This document shows, piece after piece, positions 26,746-36,871 of a stretch of 55,091 nucleotides of DNA; within the stretch, counting starts at the first letter, position 1, and each line of letters begins with the position of its first letter. The position numbers and the translations under genes were made by a program. The notes under the pieces are model-generated. The model was not told the origin of the DNA, did not search any database, and worked only from the letters and a program-made list of their open reading frames with translations. The stretch is from NCBI GenBank assembly GCA_035275205.1, contig DATENE010000063.1, forward strand, positions 1-55,091, given 5' to 3'. The DNA comes from Nitrospiraceae bacterium. Its GTDB lineage: Bacteria; Nitrospirota; Nitrospiria; Nitrospirales; Nitrospiraceae.

Positions 26746-27354
26746 CTACTGTTTGGCTTGGGGGGGCATGGCCTTAATCATTTCTGCTGCCAACTCTTTC
26801 GCGACATCCTTTAAGTTCGGGCGGTAAAACATATAGCTGCTCGACCGTTCATGTCGCGCTTTCCACACGGTAGTGCCTGTGGTGGCATCGACGAGCCTGA
26901 GGCTCAGACCGACCCGACCGACATTGTCGCCTTCCTTGCGCATGTATTCCCAGGAGTTTACGCGGACGACCAGGAACGAGTCCACGTTCAGTGCCTTGCC
27001 CAACTTCATAGCCGAATCCTTGTCGGATTGCCCCGTCATTTCCAGCCGGGAGAAGTAGAACACCAGGGCATCGAACGCTTCTTTCGATCCCTGGAAGATA
27101 TCCGTGACATTTTCCGGAGACACCACACGCTCGATGCTGGCAGTTCTGTTCAGAGCCCCGGACAAAACTTCTTGAATATCCTCGCGCGCATTGTCGTATT
27201 GGCTTGCCATAGGGGGAAGCACGGCAATGGCTTGAGGCCGGAACATTCTCGCCCCTGGGCCTTCCCACACTTCCTGCAAGCCGCCGCAGCCGGCGACTAG
27301 GAGTGCAAGAACACAGAGAGAGACGGCATGTCGCAGATGATTGAGCATAAACAT
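26746..27354 (-). CDS. Hypothetical lipoprotein (DUF799/LpoB-like pattern)
   Basis: 202 aa. Lipobox LLVAGCGG. Body pattern (IAVLPP..., DSFLVVRVNSWEY, LRLVDATTGTTVWKA) recalls small periplasmic-face lipoproteins of the DUF799/LpoB/CsgG-like class. Family assigned from memory, low certainty. It follows the barrel gene by 15 nt. Confidence 0.7.
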   Translation of the reverse strand: MFMLNHLRHAVSLCVLALLVAGCGGLQEVWEGPGARMFRPQAIAVLPPMASQYDNAREDIQEVLSGALNRTASIERVVSPENVTDIFQGSKEAFDALVFYFSRLEMTGQSDKDSAMKLGKALNVDSFLVVRVNSWEYMRKEGDNVGRVGLSLRLVDATTGTTVWKARHERSSSYMFYRPNLKDVAKELAAEMIKAMPPQAKQ

Positions 27355-27369
27355 GGGTTCAGTATACCA

Positions 27370-28482
27370 TTAGAAAGTCATAGAAGCAGAGCCTGATACC
27401 AGCGCGCCCTCTTCCCGGAAGTCATATCCGCCACCCACATCGAGACGGAATGCAAAGATCCGTAACCCTAACCCTGCGGTAGGGGTGAAAGGTGTGGCGG
27501 CGTCCTGCATGTTTTTGAAGGCGCCGAGGCGGAACGACAGGAATTCAGAAAAGATAGTTTGTTCAGCTCCCAGACTCAAGATCTGGCTCTTGACGCCCGG
27601 CACGAGTGTTTTGTTCGAAGTCGCGTCCACATCGGCCGTCAGCGTCAGCGACGAATAAGGATTGACCGCCACACCGCCTCGAACTTGGGGGTTTAGTTTC
27701 AATTCCCCTCCGCCGGCAGCATCAAAGGTTGGTTGGTTAATATCTTTCGCCACTACGCCGAAGCGCAACCATGAGGAGGGGCGATAGATCGCGCCTGCAT
27801 CGATCCCAAAGGCGGTTGAGATTGTGGCTTTCCCAAAGTTGTCCGTGATTGAAACTCCATCTCCTCCGTTGAGGGACATGCTCCCACTATAGGAGGCGCC
27901 TTGGATAACTTTCCCGGTCACACCGAACGAAAACATTTTGTCGGAAAAGGCATACGCATAAGAGAACGCCACCTGTCTAGCCTCGAACGCGGGGAGCGTC
28001 ATTACACCATTGGTCAAAGTCGGCGAAATCGGAGTGCTTACGAATCCGCCACCTGTTGCCACGTCAGAGATGTTCACGCCGAATGCGTGGTCGCCCAGAT
28101 GTCCTTTGATATAGAGTCCAGCAGACCCATTCACCGATACGTTGGCGCCAGGTTTGTTAATCCGAGCGGCAATGTCTTGAGCCTTCGTTGCCGCATTCGG
28201 GTCACTGGAATTGAAGTCTTCGAGATCGCGGACGGCGTCGGCGATCCCGAGACGATCGATCGCTTGTCCACCGCCTTGAATCCGAACATCCACAGTCTGG
28301 GTCATCGCAAGCCCTGCAGGGTTCCAATAGGTGGCTAAGGAATCTGTTGTGATGGCCACACCGGCCCCGCCCATGCCAGTCGCACGAGGTCCGACGGATA
28401 CAAATTCCAGGGCCATCGCGTGTGTCGGCATCATTAGGCCTAGCAGCATCGCGATGGTACGAAGCAACCAAGAACGGGACAT
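27370..28482 (-). CDS. Outer-membrane beta-barrel protein, FadL/TodX- or TraF-like
   Basis: Start set at ATG 28482 (MSRSWLLRTIAMLLGLMMPTHAMA signal peptide); the track ORF runs to 28548. N-terminal VGPRATGMGGAGVAITTDSLATYWNPAGLA motif, alternating beta-strand pattern, terminal ...SASMTF with C-terminal Phe. Confidence 0.7.
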   Translation of the reverse strand: MSRSWLLRTIAMLLGLMMPTHAMALEFVSVGPRATGMGGAGVAITTDSLATYWNPAGLAMTQTVDVRIQGGGQAIDRLGIADAVRDLEDFNSSDPNAATKAQDIAARINKPGANVSVNGSAGLYIKGHLGDHAFGVNISDVATGGGFVSTPISPTLTNGVMTLPAFEARQVAFSYAYAFSDKMFSFGVTGKVIQGASYSGSMSLNGGDGVSITDNFGKATISTAFGIDAGAIYRPSSWLRFGVVAKDINQPTFDAAGGGELKLNPQVRGGVAVNPYSSLTLTADVDATSNKTLVPGVKSQILSLGAEQTIFSEFLSFRLGAFKNMQDAATPFTPTAGLGLRIFAFRLDVGGGYDFREEGALVSGSASMTF

Positions 28483-28636
28483 TGTAGGGCAACTCCCTTG
28501 AGAGTCGGGGACTTCGATGAGTCTATTTGATGAAATCGCACTCGTCAAGGATAGACGGATCTATTCTTTGAGTGGACCAGGTAGGGGCCTCGTGCTGAAA
28601 ACGCTTTCCCCAACACGGGCGGATGAGACAGTTCGT

Positions 28637-29299
28637 TCAGACAATTTGACCATCCTGCATATGCACGATCCGGTCGGCTTGGGCGGACAGTTTGTCATTG
28701 TGGGTGACGATCACGAAGGTCGTTCCGCGGGCCTTGTTGAGTTCCCGCATCATCGCAAAGAGCGCCTCGCCCGTATGAGTATCCAGATTTCCCGTCGGCT
28801 CATCAGCCAAAACGAGATCGGGCTTCTGGAGGAGGGCTCGTGCGACCGCCACGCGCTGCTGTTCACCGCCCGACAACTCACCGGGCTTGTGATGCAATCG
28901 GGCTCCCAGTCCGACCTCTTGTAACAAGGCGATGGCTTCCGGTTCAATCTCCGCAGGGTTGCGGCGTTGAATGAGAGCCGGCATACAGGCATTTTCGAGT
29001 GCGGTAAATTCCGGCAGGAGGTGATGGAATTGAAAGACGAATCCGATTCGCCGATTCCGAAATTCCGCCTGTTCACCTTCCGTCAGGTGAAAGATATCCT
29101 TCCCGTCGAAGTGTACCGTTCCAGTCGTGGGACGATCGAGGGTTCCGATAATATGGAGGAGCGTGCTCTTTCCTGCTCCCGAAGCTCCGACAATGGCGAT
29201 CAGCTCCCCACGCTGAATCTTGAGATTGACGCCCTTCAATACCGTGAGGGATTGCTCGCCCATCGGAAACGATTTATACAGATCGGCGACGGTGATCAC
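28637..29299 (-). CDS. lolD: Lipoprotein-releasing system ATP-binding protein
   Basis: 220 aa. Walker [10 protein letters not shown], signature LSGGEQQR, Walker [10 protein letters not shown]. Adjacent to the LolC/E-type permease. Confidence 0.9.
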   Translation of the reverse strand: MITVADLYKSFPMGEQSLTVLKGVNLKIQRGELIAIVGASGAGKSTLLHIIGTLDRPTTGTVHFDGKDIFHLTEGEQAEFRNRRIGFVFQFHHLLPEFTALENACMPALIQRRNPAEIEPEAIALLQEVGLGARLHHKPGELSGGEQQRVAVARALLQKPDLVLADEPTGNLDTHTGEALFAMMRELNKARGTTFVIVTHNDKLSAQADRIVHMQDGQIV

Positions 29300-29345
29300 G
29301 CTGGAACTCCAGAATAGAATAGAAGTAATGAGAAGGCTGGCATGG

Positions 29346-30626
29346 TCATTCGTAACGCAGCGCGGCTACTGGTTCGAGCTTGGCGGCTTGAAGCGAAGGA
29401 TAGACTGTGGCGGCAAAGCTGATCGCGATTGCGGAGCCTGCCACAAGCACGACATCCATCGCTTGTACATGGACGGGAATATGCGAGATGTAATAGACCG
29501 AGGCATCGAAGGTCCAGAATGTCTGAATCAGCCAGAGAAACGCATAGCCGAGTGGGATGCCGATGGCGGTCCCGGCCAGGCCGATGATCAATCCGTTCAG
29601 CATGAAAATGCGCCGGATGCTTTTGCGCGTCGCGCCCATGGCCTTGAGGATCGCGATTTCCTTTTGCTTCTCAGTGACGATCATGGTCAGAGTGCTCACG
29701 ATGTTGAAGGATGCCACGATCGTGATCAGCACCAACAGCAAAAACATCATCGTCTTCTCGAGTTTGAGCGCCGAAAACAGATTGCGATTCATTTGCATCC
29801 AGTCGCGCGCTCCGTAGGCGAAGCCGAGCGATTGCTCCACGGAACGGGCCGTCTCCGCTGCGTGGAAGACGTCTGCGACCTTAATTTCGATACCCGTCAC
29901 CGTGTGTCCCAGGTTGAAAAACTTCTGCGCTTCCACGAGATCGATATAAGCCAGAGACGAATCGTACTCGTACATGCCGGATTGAAACAGGGCAATCAAT
30001 GCGAAAGTTCTGATCTTCGGCACCATCCCGATCGCATTGACCGGTCCGGCCGGAGGAGACACCACGTTGACGGTATCGCCGACAAACACACCAAGACGAA
30101 GAGCCAATTCCTTGCCCAGGATGATGCCGGGCTTTTCAGTCTCGACCGGAGGGCCGGTCGGGTCGTCCGCGGACGGTTGTTTGACCTTGACCGGCCGGCT
30201 GAGGTCGGCCAACTGCCCGGTCGAGAGATTCTTAGCCAGTTCGGTCACCGTGCCTTCACGTTCCGGATCGATGCCACGTATCACGATGCCTTGCACGCCG
30301 CTTTGGGTGGTCAGCAAGACCTGCTTGAGTACAAACGGGGTTGCCGCCACGACGCCAGGCACGGTTGTGACCTGCGAAACGACAGGATCGTAATCGCTCA
30401 TACTATCCTTCATCCGATCCTGCACGATGATATGGGCCGTCGTTCCAAGAATTTTGGCCTGAATATCTTCTTTGAATCCGGTCATGATACCGACGGTTCC
30501 AATCAGCGCAGCCACACCGAGCGTAATTCCGGCAATTGAAACCACGGTGTTCAATGAAATGGTGCGATTGCGCCGCTTCGCGCGTAGATATCGCAACCCG
30601 ACAAAGATTTCGTAGGAGAGGGCCAC
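29346..30626 (-). CDS. lolC: Lipoprotein-releasing system permease (LolC/LolE family, FtsX-type)
   Basis: 426 aa. N-terminus MALSYEIFVGLRYLRAKRRN, large periplasmic loop, C-terminal FtsX-like TM bundle. Confidence 0.9.
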   Translation of the reverse strand: MALSYEIFVGLRYLRAKRRNRTISLNTVVSIAGITLGVAALIGTVGIMTGFKEDIQAKILGTTAHIIVQDRMKDSMSDYDPVVSQVTTVPGVVAATPFVLKQVLLTTQSGVQGIVIRGIDPEREGTVTELAKNLSTGQLADLSRPVKVKQPSADDPTGPPVETEKPGIILGKELALRLGVFVGDTVNVVSPPAGPVNAIGMVPKIRTFALIALFQSGMYEYDSSLAYIDLVEAQKFFNLGHTVTGIEIKVADVFHAAETARSVEQSLGFAYGARDWMQMNRNLFSALKLEKTMMFLLLVLITIVASFNIVSTLTMIVTEKQKEIAILKAMGATRKSIRRIFMLNGLIIGLAGTAIGIPLGYAFLWLIQTFWTFDASVYYISHIPVHVQAMDVVLVAGSAIAISFAATVYPSLQAAKLEPVAALRYE

Positions 30627-30628
30627 TG

Positions 30629-32110
30629 TTACTTCTCGGGCCTCAGTTGTGGGAAGAGGACGACGTCGCGGATTGACGCTTGGTCGGTAAAGAGCATGAT
30701 CAGCCGGTCGATGCCGATGCCTTCGCCCGCAGTCGGCGGCATGCCGAACTCCAAGGCGCGCAGGAAATCTTCATCGACGAGATGGGCCTCTTCGTCGCCT
30801 GCCGCCCGCTGCGCTGCCTGTCCTTCGAACCGTTCCCGTTGATCCAGCGGATCGTTCAGCTCTGAAAAGGCATTCGCAATTTCCCGACCTGCGATGTAGA
30901 GCTCGAACCGATCGGTCAATGCCGGATTCGAATCTTTGCGTCGCGCGAGCGGAGAAATTTCAATCGGATAGTCGGTAATGAACGTCGGCTGCTGGAGATT
31001 GGGCTCGACCGTTTCCTCGAAGATTTCATTCACGATGTTGAAGAGCGGCCATTTCGGATCGACCGCGATGCCCAGCTGCTTAGCCGCTGCAATCGCCTTC
31101 TCCTTATCCTCAAGAACAGAAGGATCGAGTTGGTTCACCTCCAGAATCGCTCGGTGATACGACCAGCGGCGCCACGGCGGCGTGAGCGTAATCTCTTTGC
31201 CTTGATAGGTGATGACCGTCTTTTCGAGGACGCGCTGTGCCAACGAAGAGACGAGTTCTTCCGTGAGGATAATCAAGTCCTGATAGTCGGCGTAGGCCAC
31301 GTAGAACTCCAGCATCGTGAATTCCGGGTTATGAATCGTCGAGATGCCTTCGTTCCGGAAGTTACGGTTGATTTCAAATACGCGAGGAAAACCGCCCACG
31401 ATCAATCGCTTCAAATAGAGTTCCGGCGCGATACGGAGATAGAGATCGACACCGAGGGCATTATGATGCGTGACAAAGGGTTTCGCTGCCGCGCCTCCGG
31501 GAATCGGATGCATCATCGGTGTTTCAACCTCGAGGAAGCCTCGTTCGATTAAGAAGGCGCGAATGCCGGCGATGATTCTGCTGCGCGTGGCAAAGATGCC
31601 ATGGACCTCAGGATTGGAGATCAAGTCGACGTAGCGCTGCCGATAGCGGGTTTCCACGTCCGTCAACCCGTGCCACTTCTCTGGAAGCGGCCGGAGGGCT
31701 TTGCTCAAGAAGGTCAGCTGTGTGACCTCGACGGTGAACTCATTGGTCTTCGTGCGAAAGAGGGTGCCGGTCACACCGATCCAATCGCCTAAGTCGAGCA
31801 GCTCGGCGATGCGATAGCCTTGTTCCGAGAGATGATCTTTCTTGAGGTAGACCTGAAGCCGATCTGATCCGTCTTGCAACACCGCGAAGCCGGCCTTACC
31901 GAATCGCCGCAGTGCGACGATGCGTCCCGCAAACGTACAGGAGATCTTTTCTTCTCCCAGCGCCTCTTTGGTTTTCTCGGCATGGAGCGTGATGAGTTGG
32001 CCTGCTCGATCCTTCGCTTCGAATCGCGTGCCGTAGGGCGCCACGCCCACTTCACGCAACGCATCGAGTTTCTTAATGCGCTGCTGCTGTTGTTCGTTCA
32101 GTTCGTCCAT
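30629..32110 (-). CDS. lysS: Lysyl-tRNA synthetase, class II
   Basis: 493 aa. OB-fold N-domain, FRNEGIS, GEGIGIDRL class II motifs. Confidence 0.97.
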   Translation of the reverse strand: MDELNEQQQQRIKKLDALREVGVAPYGTRFEAKDRAGQLITLHAEKTKEALGEEKISCTFAGRIVALRRFGKAGFAVLQDGSDRLQVYLKKDHLSEQGYRIAELLDLGDWIGVTGTLFRTKTNEFTVEVTQLTFLSKALRPLPEKWHGLTDVETRYRQRYVDLISNPEVHGIFATRSRIIAGIRAFLIERGFLEVETPMMHPIPGGAAAKPFVTHHNALGVDLYLRIAPELYLKRLIVGGFPRVFEINRNFRNEGISTIHNPEFTMLEFYVAYADYQDLIILTEELVSSLAQRVLEKTVITYQGKEITLTPPWRRWSYHRAILEVNQLDPSVLEDKEKAIAAAKQLGIAVDPKWPLFNIVNEIFEETVEPNLQQPTFITDYPIEISPLARRKDSNPALTDRFELYIAGREIANAFSELNDPLDQRERFEGQAAQRAAGDEEAHLVDEDFLRALEFGMPPTAGEGIGIDRLIMLFTDQASIRDVVLFPQLRPEK

Positions 32111-32143
32111 AATTGCGTCGCATTCGAGGCGATGGGCAAGAGG

Positions 32144-33281
32144 CTAGAGTGGCAGTTCATCCGTCGCCGCTAGGCCCGCGCCTTTTGCCATTTTTCCTTT
32201 GAGATAGGCTTCGATGAACCCGTCTAGATCGCCGTCCATGACGGCGGCTACCTGGCCCACTTCATAACCGGTCCGGTGATCTTTGACCATTTGATAGGGT
32301 TGGAACACATACGATCGAATTTGGCTGCCCCAGGCGATATCCTTCTTCTCCCCAACGATCGCATTGAACTCCGCCTCTTTCTTTTTGAGTTCCAGTTCAT
32401 AGAGGCGCGCTTTCAGGACTTTCATCGCGCCGTTGCGATTTTGGAGCTGAGACCGTTCGTTCTGACATTGCACCACGATCCCGGTTGGCAAGTGGGTCAT
32501 GCGGATGGCCGTCTCGACTTTATTCACATTCTGGCCACCGGCGCCGCCGGCCCGAAAGGTGTCGATCTTAAGGTCTCTATCTTCGATCACGAGGTCGATA
32601 TCTTCGTCCACTTCGGGATAGACGAAGACCGAGGCAAAGGAGGTGTGCCGTCGTTTGTTCGCATCGAAGGGTGAAATGCGCACCAGGCGATGCACGCCTG
32701 CTTCGGCTTTTAGATAGCCATAGGCATAGGCTCCTGCCACTAACAGCGTCACGCTCTTGATGCCCGCTTCTTCTCCCGGGAGCAGGTCCAGCGTTTCGAC
32801 CTTGAATTTCTTGCTTTCGGCCCACCGGACGTACATGCGAAGCAGCATCTGCGCCCAGTCCTGCGATTCCGTTCCGCCGGCGCCGGGATGGATCGCCACA
32901 ATCGCATTGTTGGGGTCCAGTTCTCCCGAGAGCAGCAGTTCGAGCCGCAGGGCGGTGAGCTTTGCCTCAAATTCATCCAGCTCAACCGTCAACTCCTTCG
33001 CGAGCCCGGCGTCGTTGCCTTCTTCTGCCAGCTCGAGCAGCGCGCCTAGATCGTTCATCTTTCCATCGATTTCCTGCCACTGCTGGAGGTCGTGTTCAAT
33101 CGTAGCCTTCTTCCGTCCGATCTTGGCGGCCTTCTGAGCGTGGTTCCAAAAATCCGGCTGCGCTGTCTGTTGCTCCAGATGAGCTAATTCTGCTGTCATG
33201 CGAGCGAAGTCAAAGATGCCCCCGTAGTTCCGATACCAATTGTTCGACGGCCCGTACGCGATTCTTCACCTCATCCAACAT
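32144..33281 (-). CDS. prfB: Peptide chain release factor 2 (requires programmed +1 frameshift)
   Basis: Frame 0 starts at ATG 33281: [23 protein letters not shown], then TGA (33212-33210). After a +1 shift the reading continues [14 protein letters not shown]..., joining the 351-aa track ORF. SPF (RISPFD) and GGQ ([10 protein letters not shown]) motifs are present. Confidence 0.95.
33209..33223 (-). other. prfB +1 recoding signal
   Basis: The minus strand reads GGGGG CAT CTT TGA C. This is the CUU UGA C slippery/stop context, with an SD-like G-run 3 nt upstream as in E. coli prfB. Confidence 0.9.
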
Positions 33282-33298
33282 GGGACGATCCTTTCTGC

Positions 33299-34924
33299 TT
33301 ATATCGGCACTGCGTCAGGTTCTGATCCCTTGGTGCGGAAAAGGCCCAACAGGAACAAAAGCGCGCAGATTATAGCACAGCCGTAGGCAAACACATCGCC
33401 GTGCCGGCTGTAAAACGTATGCGGGCGCCAGACTCGTATTGTCGCCTTGACGGCCTGTTCCGTGAAGGTCGGTGTGGCCTCGACGATACGTCCGAATGGA
33501 TCGATAAATCCGGAAATACCGGTGTTGGCTGACCGAGCAAAGGCTAAGTGATTTTCGACGGAGCGAAACACGACCATCGAAAAATGTTGAGAGGCAGCCG
33601 ACGAGGCGCCAAACCAGGCATCGTTCGTCACAGTCACCAGAAACTCCGCTCCGTTCTCGGCGAATTGCCGCACCAGGTTCGGAAAGATCACTTCGTAGCA
33701 GATCGCCACTCCAAGACTTATCGGTCGCGGTATCGCTCCTGCCATGCCTTCAGCCGCAGATCGTGGCTTCGACGTCAACGTCAAGACTGTCGGACCAGTT
33801 CCAGCTTCGAAATCGCCGATTCCTTCCACCAACTTGTCGAGGAAAAACAGGAGTGACGATTTGAGCGGAATATATTCACCGAAGGGGACCAGATGATGTT
33901 TATCGTAACGACCCAACAATTGCCCGTCCGGGGAGAGGAGGTATGCGCTATTCAACAGATAGGGCCGCCGATCCGGGTAGAAGCGCAAGGCAGGGCTTCC
34001 AAATAAGATCGGCGCCTGGGCTCGATTGGCCAGCGCGATGAGTTGCAGTTGATAGACCGGCTCGCGCTCAAAGACGAAGGGTGTTGCCGCTTCCGGCCAA
34101 ACCACCAAATCTGTGGCACGGCCGAGCTGTTCCGTCAGCCGGTCAAAGCGTGCCAGAGTCTGCTCTCGATAGGCGGTATCCCACTTCACCGCCTGATCGA
34201 CGTTCGGCTGCACCACCCCTACGCTGATGGATGATCGGGGAATATCAGAAAACGACGATTCCGATAACGTCGCAAGGCCATACTCCCACGAGAGCGTCAC
34301 CAGCAACGCCGCCATTGCCGCGAGCTCCCAGGGGAGCCGTGCGGGGAGGAAACCACGGGACAACGGCATCAACCACATGAGAAATTCAGCCAGCGCGACA
34401 TTCACCAGCACAATGAGGAACGAGACCCCGTAGACCCCCATGTGATCCGCAATTTGAATAATCTCAATCTGGCGATATTGAGAATAGCCGAGTAGGCCCC
34501 AGGGTAATCCGCTTAAAGCATATGTCCGGATCAGTTCGAGGGTCACCCATAAGCAGGGAAACGCGAAATGGCCGTAGCGGGGAATCATGGTCCGAAACCA
34601 TACGGCCCCGGCAGAATAAAGCCCGACATACAAGCCGAGATAGGCCGTGAGCAGCAACATGAGGCCGTAGCTGATTGCCAGCGGAACCTTACCGTAGGTG
34701 TTCATGGCGGTGACCACCCAGGCCATCATGCCCGTGAAGGCAATGGTGCCGGACAGCCAGCCGATCCAAAAGGCCTGCGTTTTGGTCTTGCCGTCCAAGG
34801 CCCAATGTAGCGGCACGAGGGCGATCCACGCCAACAGTCCGAGGTCAGATTTTGGGAAACTCAGCGGAAGGAACAGCCCGCTCGCGCTGGCAAGCACGAG
34901 TGAACGCGCGAGGGAATGGGTCAT
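33299..34924 (-). CDS. lnt: Apolipoprotein N-acyltransferase
   Basis: Multi-TM N-terminal half plus CN-hydrolase domain (VVWPE, catalytic Cys context GVAICYEVIFP). Start set at ATG 34924 (MTHSLARS...); the track ORF extends to 34990. Confidence 0.9.
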   Translation of the reverse strand: MTHSLARSLVLASASGLFLPLSFPKSDLGLLAWIALVPLHWALDGKTKTQAFWIGWLSGTIAFTGMMAWVVTAMNTYGKVPLAISYGLMLLLTAYLGLYVGLYSAGAVWFRTMIPRYGHFAFPCLWVTLELIRTYALSGLPWGLLGYSQYRQIEIIQIADHMGVYGVSFLIVLVNVALAEFLMWLMPLSRGFLPARLPWELAAMAALLVTLSWEYGLATLSESSFSDIPRSSISVGVVQPNVDQAVKWDTAYREQTLARFDRLTEQLGRATDLVVWPEAATPFVFEREPVYQLQLIALANRAQAPILFGSPALRFYPDRRPYLLNSAYLLSPDGQLLGRYDKHHLVPFGEYIPLKSSLLFFLDKLVEGIGDFEAGTGPTVLTLTSKPRSAAEGMAGAIPRPISLGVAICYEVIFPNLVRQFAENGAEFLVTVTNDAWFGASSAASQHFSMVVFRSVENHLAFARSANTGISGFIDPFGRIVEATPTFTEQAVKATIRVWRPHTFYSRHGDVFAYGCAIICALLFLLGLFRTKGSEPDAVPI

Positions 34925-35022
34925 GATCCGCACCTTAGCGAAAGCGGGAGATGGATGCAACTTCCGGCTTAGTAGAACTGGCTCGCCCATATGCCGTCAT
35001 GGACGAACCGAGAGATTTTGAG

Positions 35023-35051
35023 TTGACGGACGCCCGGTGAGTACCTATAAG
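35023..35051 (+). promoter_or_regulatory. Putative sigma70-type promoter of pal
   Basis: TTGACG (35023-35028), 17-bp spacer, TATAAG (35046-35051). About 135 nt upstream of the pal ATG. Confidence 0.4.
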
Positions 35052-35187
35052 TAAGAGCGACAAGCTGCTTCCGTGTCTGAATGAAGAGCGTGGGGAGCTG
35101 GATCTGCCCGAGGTTGATAGAGCCAGACTCTCCTGCCTCTGACGAAGCGGCGCGACCATTGATCGCGATTAATTTGGAGGTTATGCC

Positions 35188-35757
35188 ATGGATCGAAGAA
35201 TCATCAGCTTGTGTCTGAGTTTAAGCGTCATGCTTGTGGTTGCGGGATGTGCTGGTAAGACTGTCTCTTCCTCGTCCGGGGATGTAGCCTCACAGGGAGG
35301 GAAGACCAAGAGCGAGCAGATCCAACCCGATGCGATTAAGACGGTACCGCTGGAGCGCTCGTTTGACCGGCCATCCGGCAGCGTGCCGGTGAATCCTGCG
35401 CTCGCGTCGAGCACAGGTTCTGACGGTAATGCATTGGGCGATGTGTTCTTCGATTACGACCGGTTCCAAATCCGCAAGGATGCCATGACGCTGTTGGACG
35501 CCAATGCCGGATGGCTTCGCGCCAACGGGAATAAGACCGTGCTGATCGAAGGCCATTGCGATGAACGAGGCACTGTGGCGTACAACCTTGTTCTAGGCGA
35601 GAAACGGGCGCAAGCCACCAAGAGGTACCTTCTGGATCTCGGTGTCGCGGCCTCGCAGCTTCAGATTACGAGTTACGGAGAAACAAAGCCCTTCTGCAAG
35701 CAACAGAACGAAGACTGTTATCAACAGAATCGGCGTGCACACTTCGTGACGAAGTAA
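35188..35757 (+). CDS. pal: Peptidoglycan-associated lipoprotein (OmpA-like domain)
   Basis: 189 aa. GGAGG RBS, lipobox VVAGCAG, OmpA-like core FFDYDRFQIR...LIEGHCDERGTVAYNLVLGEKRA. Confidence 0.9.
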   Translation: MDRRIISLCLSLSVMLVVAGCAGKTVSSSSGDVASQGGKTKSEQIQPDAIKTVPLERSFDRPSGSVPVNPALASSTGSDGNALGDVFFDYDRFQIRKDAMTLLDANAGWLRANGNKTVLIEGHCDERGTVAYNLVLGEKRAQATKRYLLDLGVAASQLQITSYGETKPFCKQQNEDCYQQNRRAHFVTK

Positions 35758-35813
35758 ACATCGTACGTGTCACCGGAAATCCGTCATTTGTGTCCGACAC
35801 GAAGGAGGATGAT

Positions 35814-36440
35814 GTGAGGCAGCATCACGTTCGCATTGTTGGAATAGGACTTTTCGGAATCATCCTAGCGGCAGGCTGTGCAGGCAAAGGCGAGCGCATC
35901 GATCTGACAGTCCCTATTGTGAGCGGGGCGGGTGAGAAGGTTGTGGCGATGAGTTCCCCGACCGTCGCGATTGAGCCGTTTGAGGACCATCGCACCGACC
36001 GAACTCGTCTCGGTACCAGACTTCACCTCTGGGGAGGGGAGAGTCACTTCAGCCTATCCAACGGCACCCTCAGCGAAGCCACAGCAGAGGCCTTTGCCGA
36101 CTATCTCAAAGGGAAAGGCTGGAACGCAACCGCTGCCGAAGGCAGCAGAGCAGCCGGGGCAGACATAACCATCACCGGCACGTTGATCGATGTTGGTGTG
36201 GATGCTACAAGCGGCATCGGACAGACCACTCTGAAGGCCAAAAACAAGATGCTTGTCCAAGTACAGAACCACGCTGACGGCAGTCAAGTCCGTGAGACTC
36301 TCACCAGCACCGGAGCCAGCCAGGTATTCTGGTTCGATCCGGAGGATGCCCAGGAGTTGCTCAACGAATTGTACGGCAAGAGTTTCGAGAAGTTCGTGAC
36401 AGACACCAAACTCGACGGCAAGATTCTCAAGCTTCGATAA
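35814..36440 (+). CDS. Hypothetical lipoprotein
   Basis: Start set at in-frame GTG 35814, 5 nt after AAGGAGG (MRQHHVRIVGIGLFGIILAAGCAG lipobox); the track ORF starts at 35790. No recognisable catalytic motif. Confidence 0.6.
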   Translation: MRQHHVRIVGIGLFGIILAAGCAGKGERIDLTVPIVSGAGEKVVAMSSPTVAIEPFEDHRTDRTRLGTRLHLWGGESHFSLSNGTLSEATAEAFADYLKGKGWNATAAEGSRAAGADITITGTLIDVGVDATSGIGQTTLKAKNKMLVQVQNHADGSQVRETLTSTGASQVFWFDPEDAQELLNELYGKSFEKFVTDTKLDGKILKLR

Positions 36441-36532
36441 CAGAGTTCTCCACACCTGGATGGAGAGCCCTGCGATATGCGGAAGCTGGCTTCGCCACAT
36501 CGCTGTTGCATCGTACTCGATAGAGGAATTTT

Positions 36533-36871
36533 GTGAGTAATATGGAACGACGGCAACATCGGCGGGTTCCTGCACAGCTCCAGGGATTTCTGCTGGGGAA
36601 CTCGCATGAGGTCGAAGCCGTGACTCTGGACGTGTCGGTCGGTGGCGCCAGGTTCGATTGCGACATCGAGGTCTACCCTGGAAAAGTGATCCGCGTGCGG
36701 CTGGTCATTCCCGGCGCAGAGGAACCGGTTTCAATCGATGAGGGGCGAGTGCAATGGGTCGAAGGGGACACATTCGGAGTCTCGTTTCAAAATGTGAGGC
36801 CGGACGAACTCGATGAACTCGAGCAGCTTATCAACGAGTTTGAAGAAGCCGAAGACGGTGGCCATGCATAG
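36533..36871 (+). CDS. Stand-alone PilZ-domain protein
   Basis: 112 aa (GTG 36533, or ATG 36542 MERRQHRR). RRQHRR and DVSVGGA PilZ motifs, acidic C-terminal tail. Confidence 0.75.
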   Translation: MSNMERRQHRRVPAQLQGFLLGNSHEVEAVTLDVSVGGARFDCDIEVYPGKVIRVRLVIPGAEEPVSIDEGRVQWVEGDTFGVSFQNVRPDELDELEQLINEFEEAEDGGHA

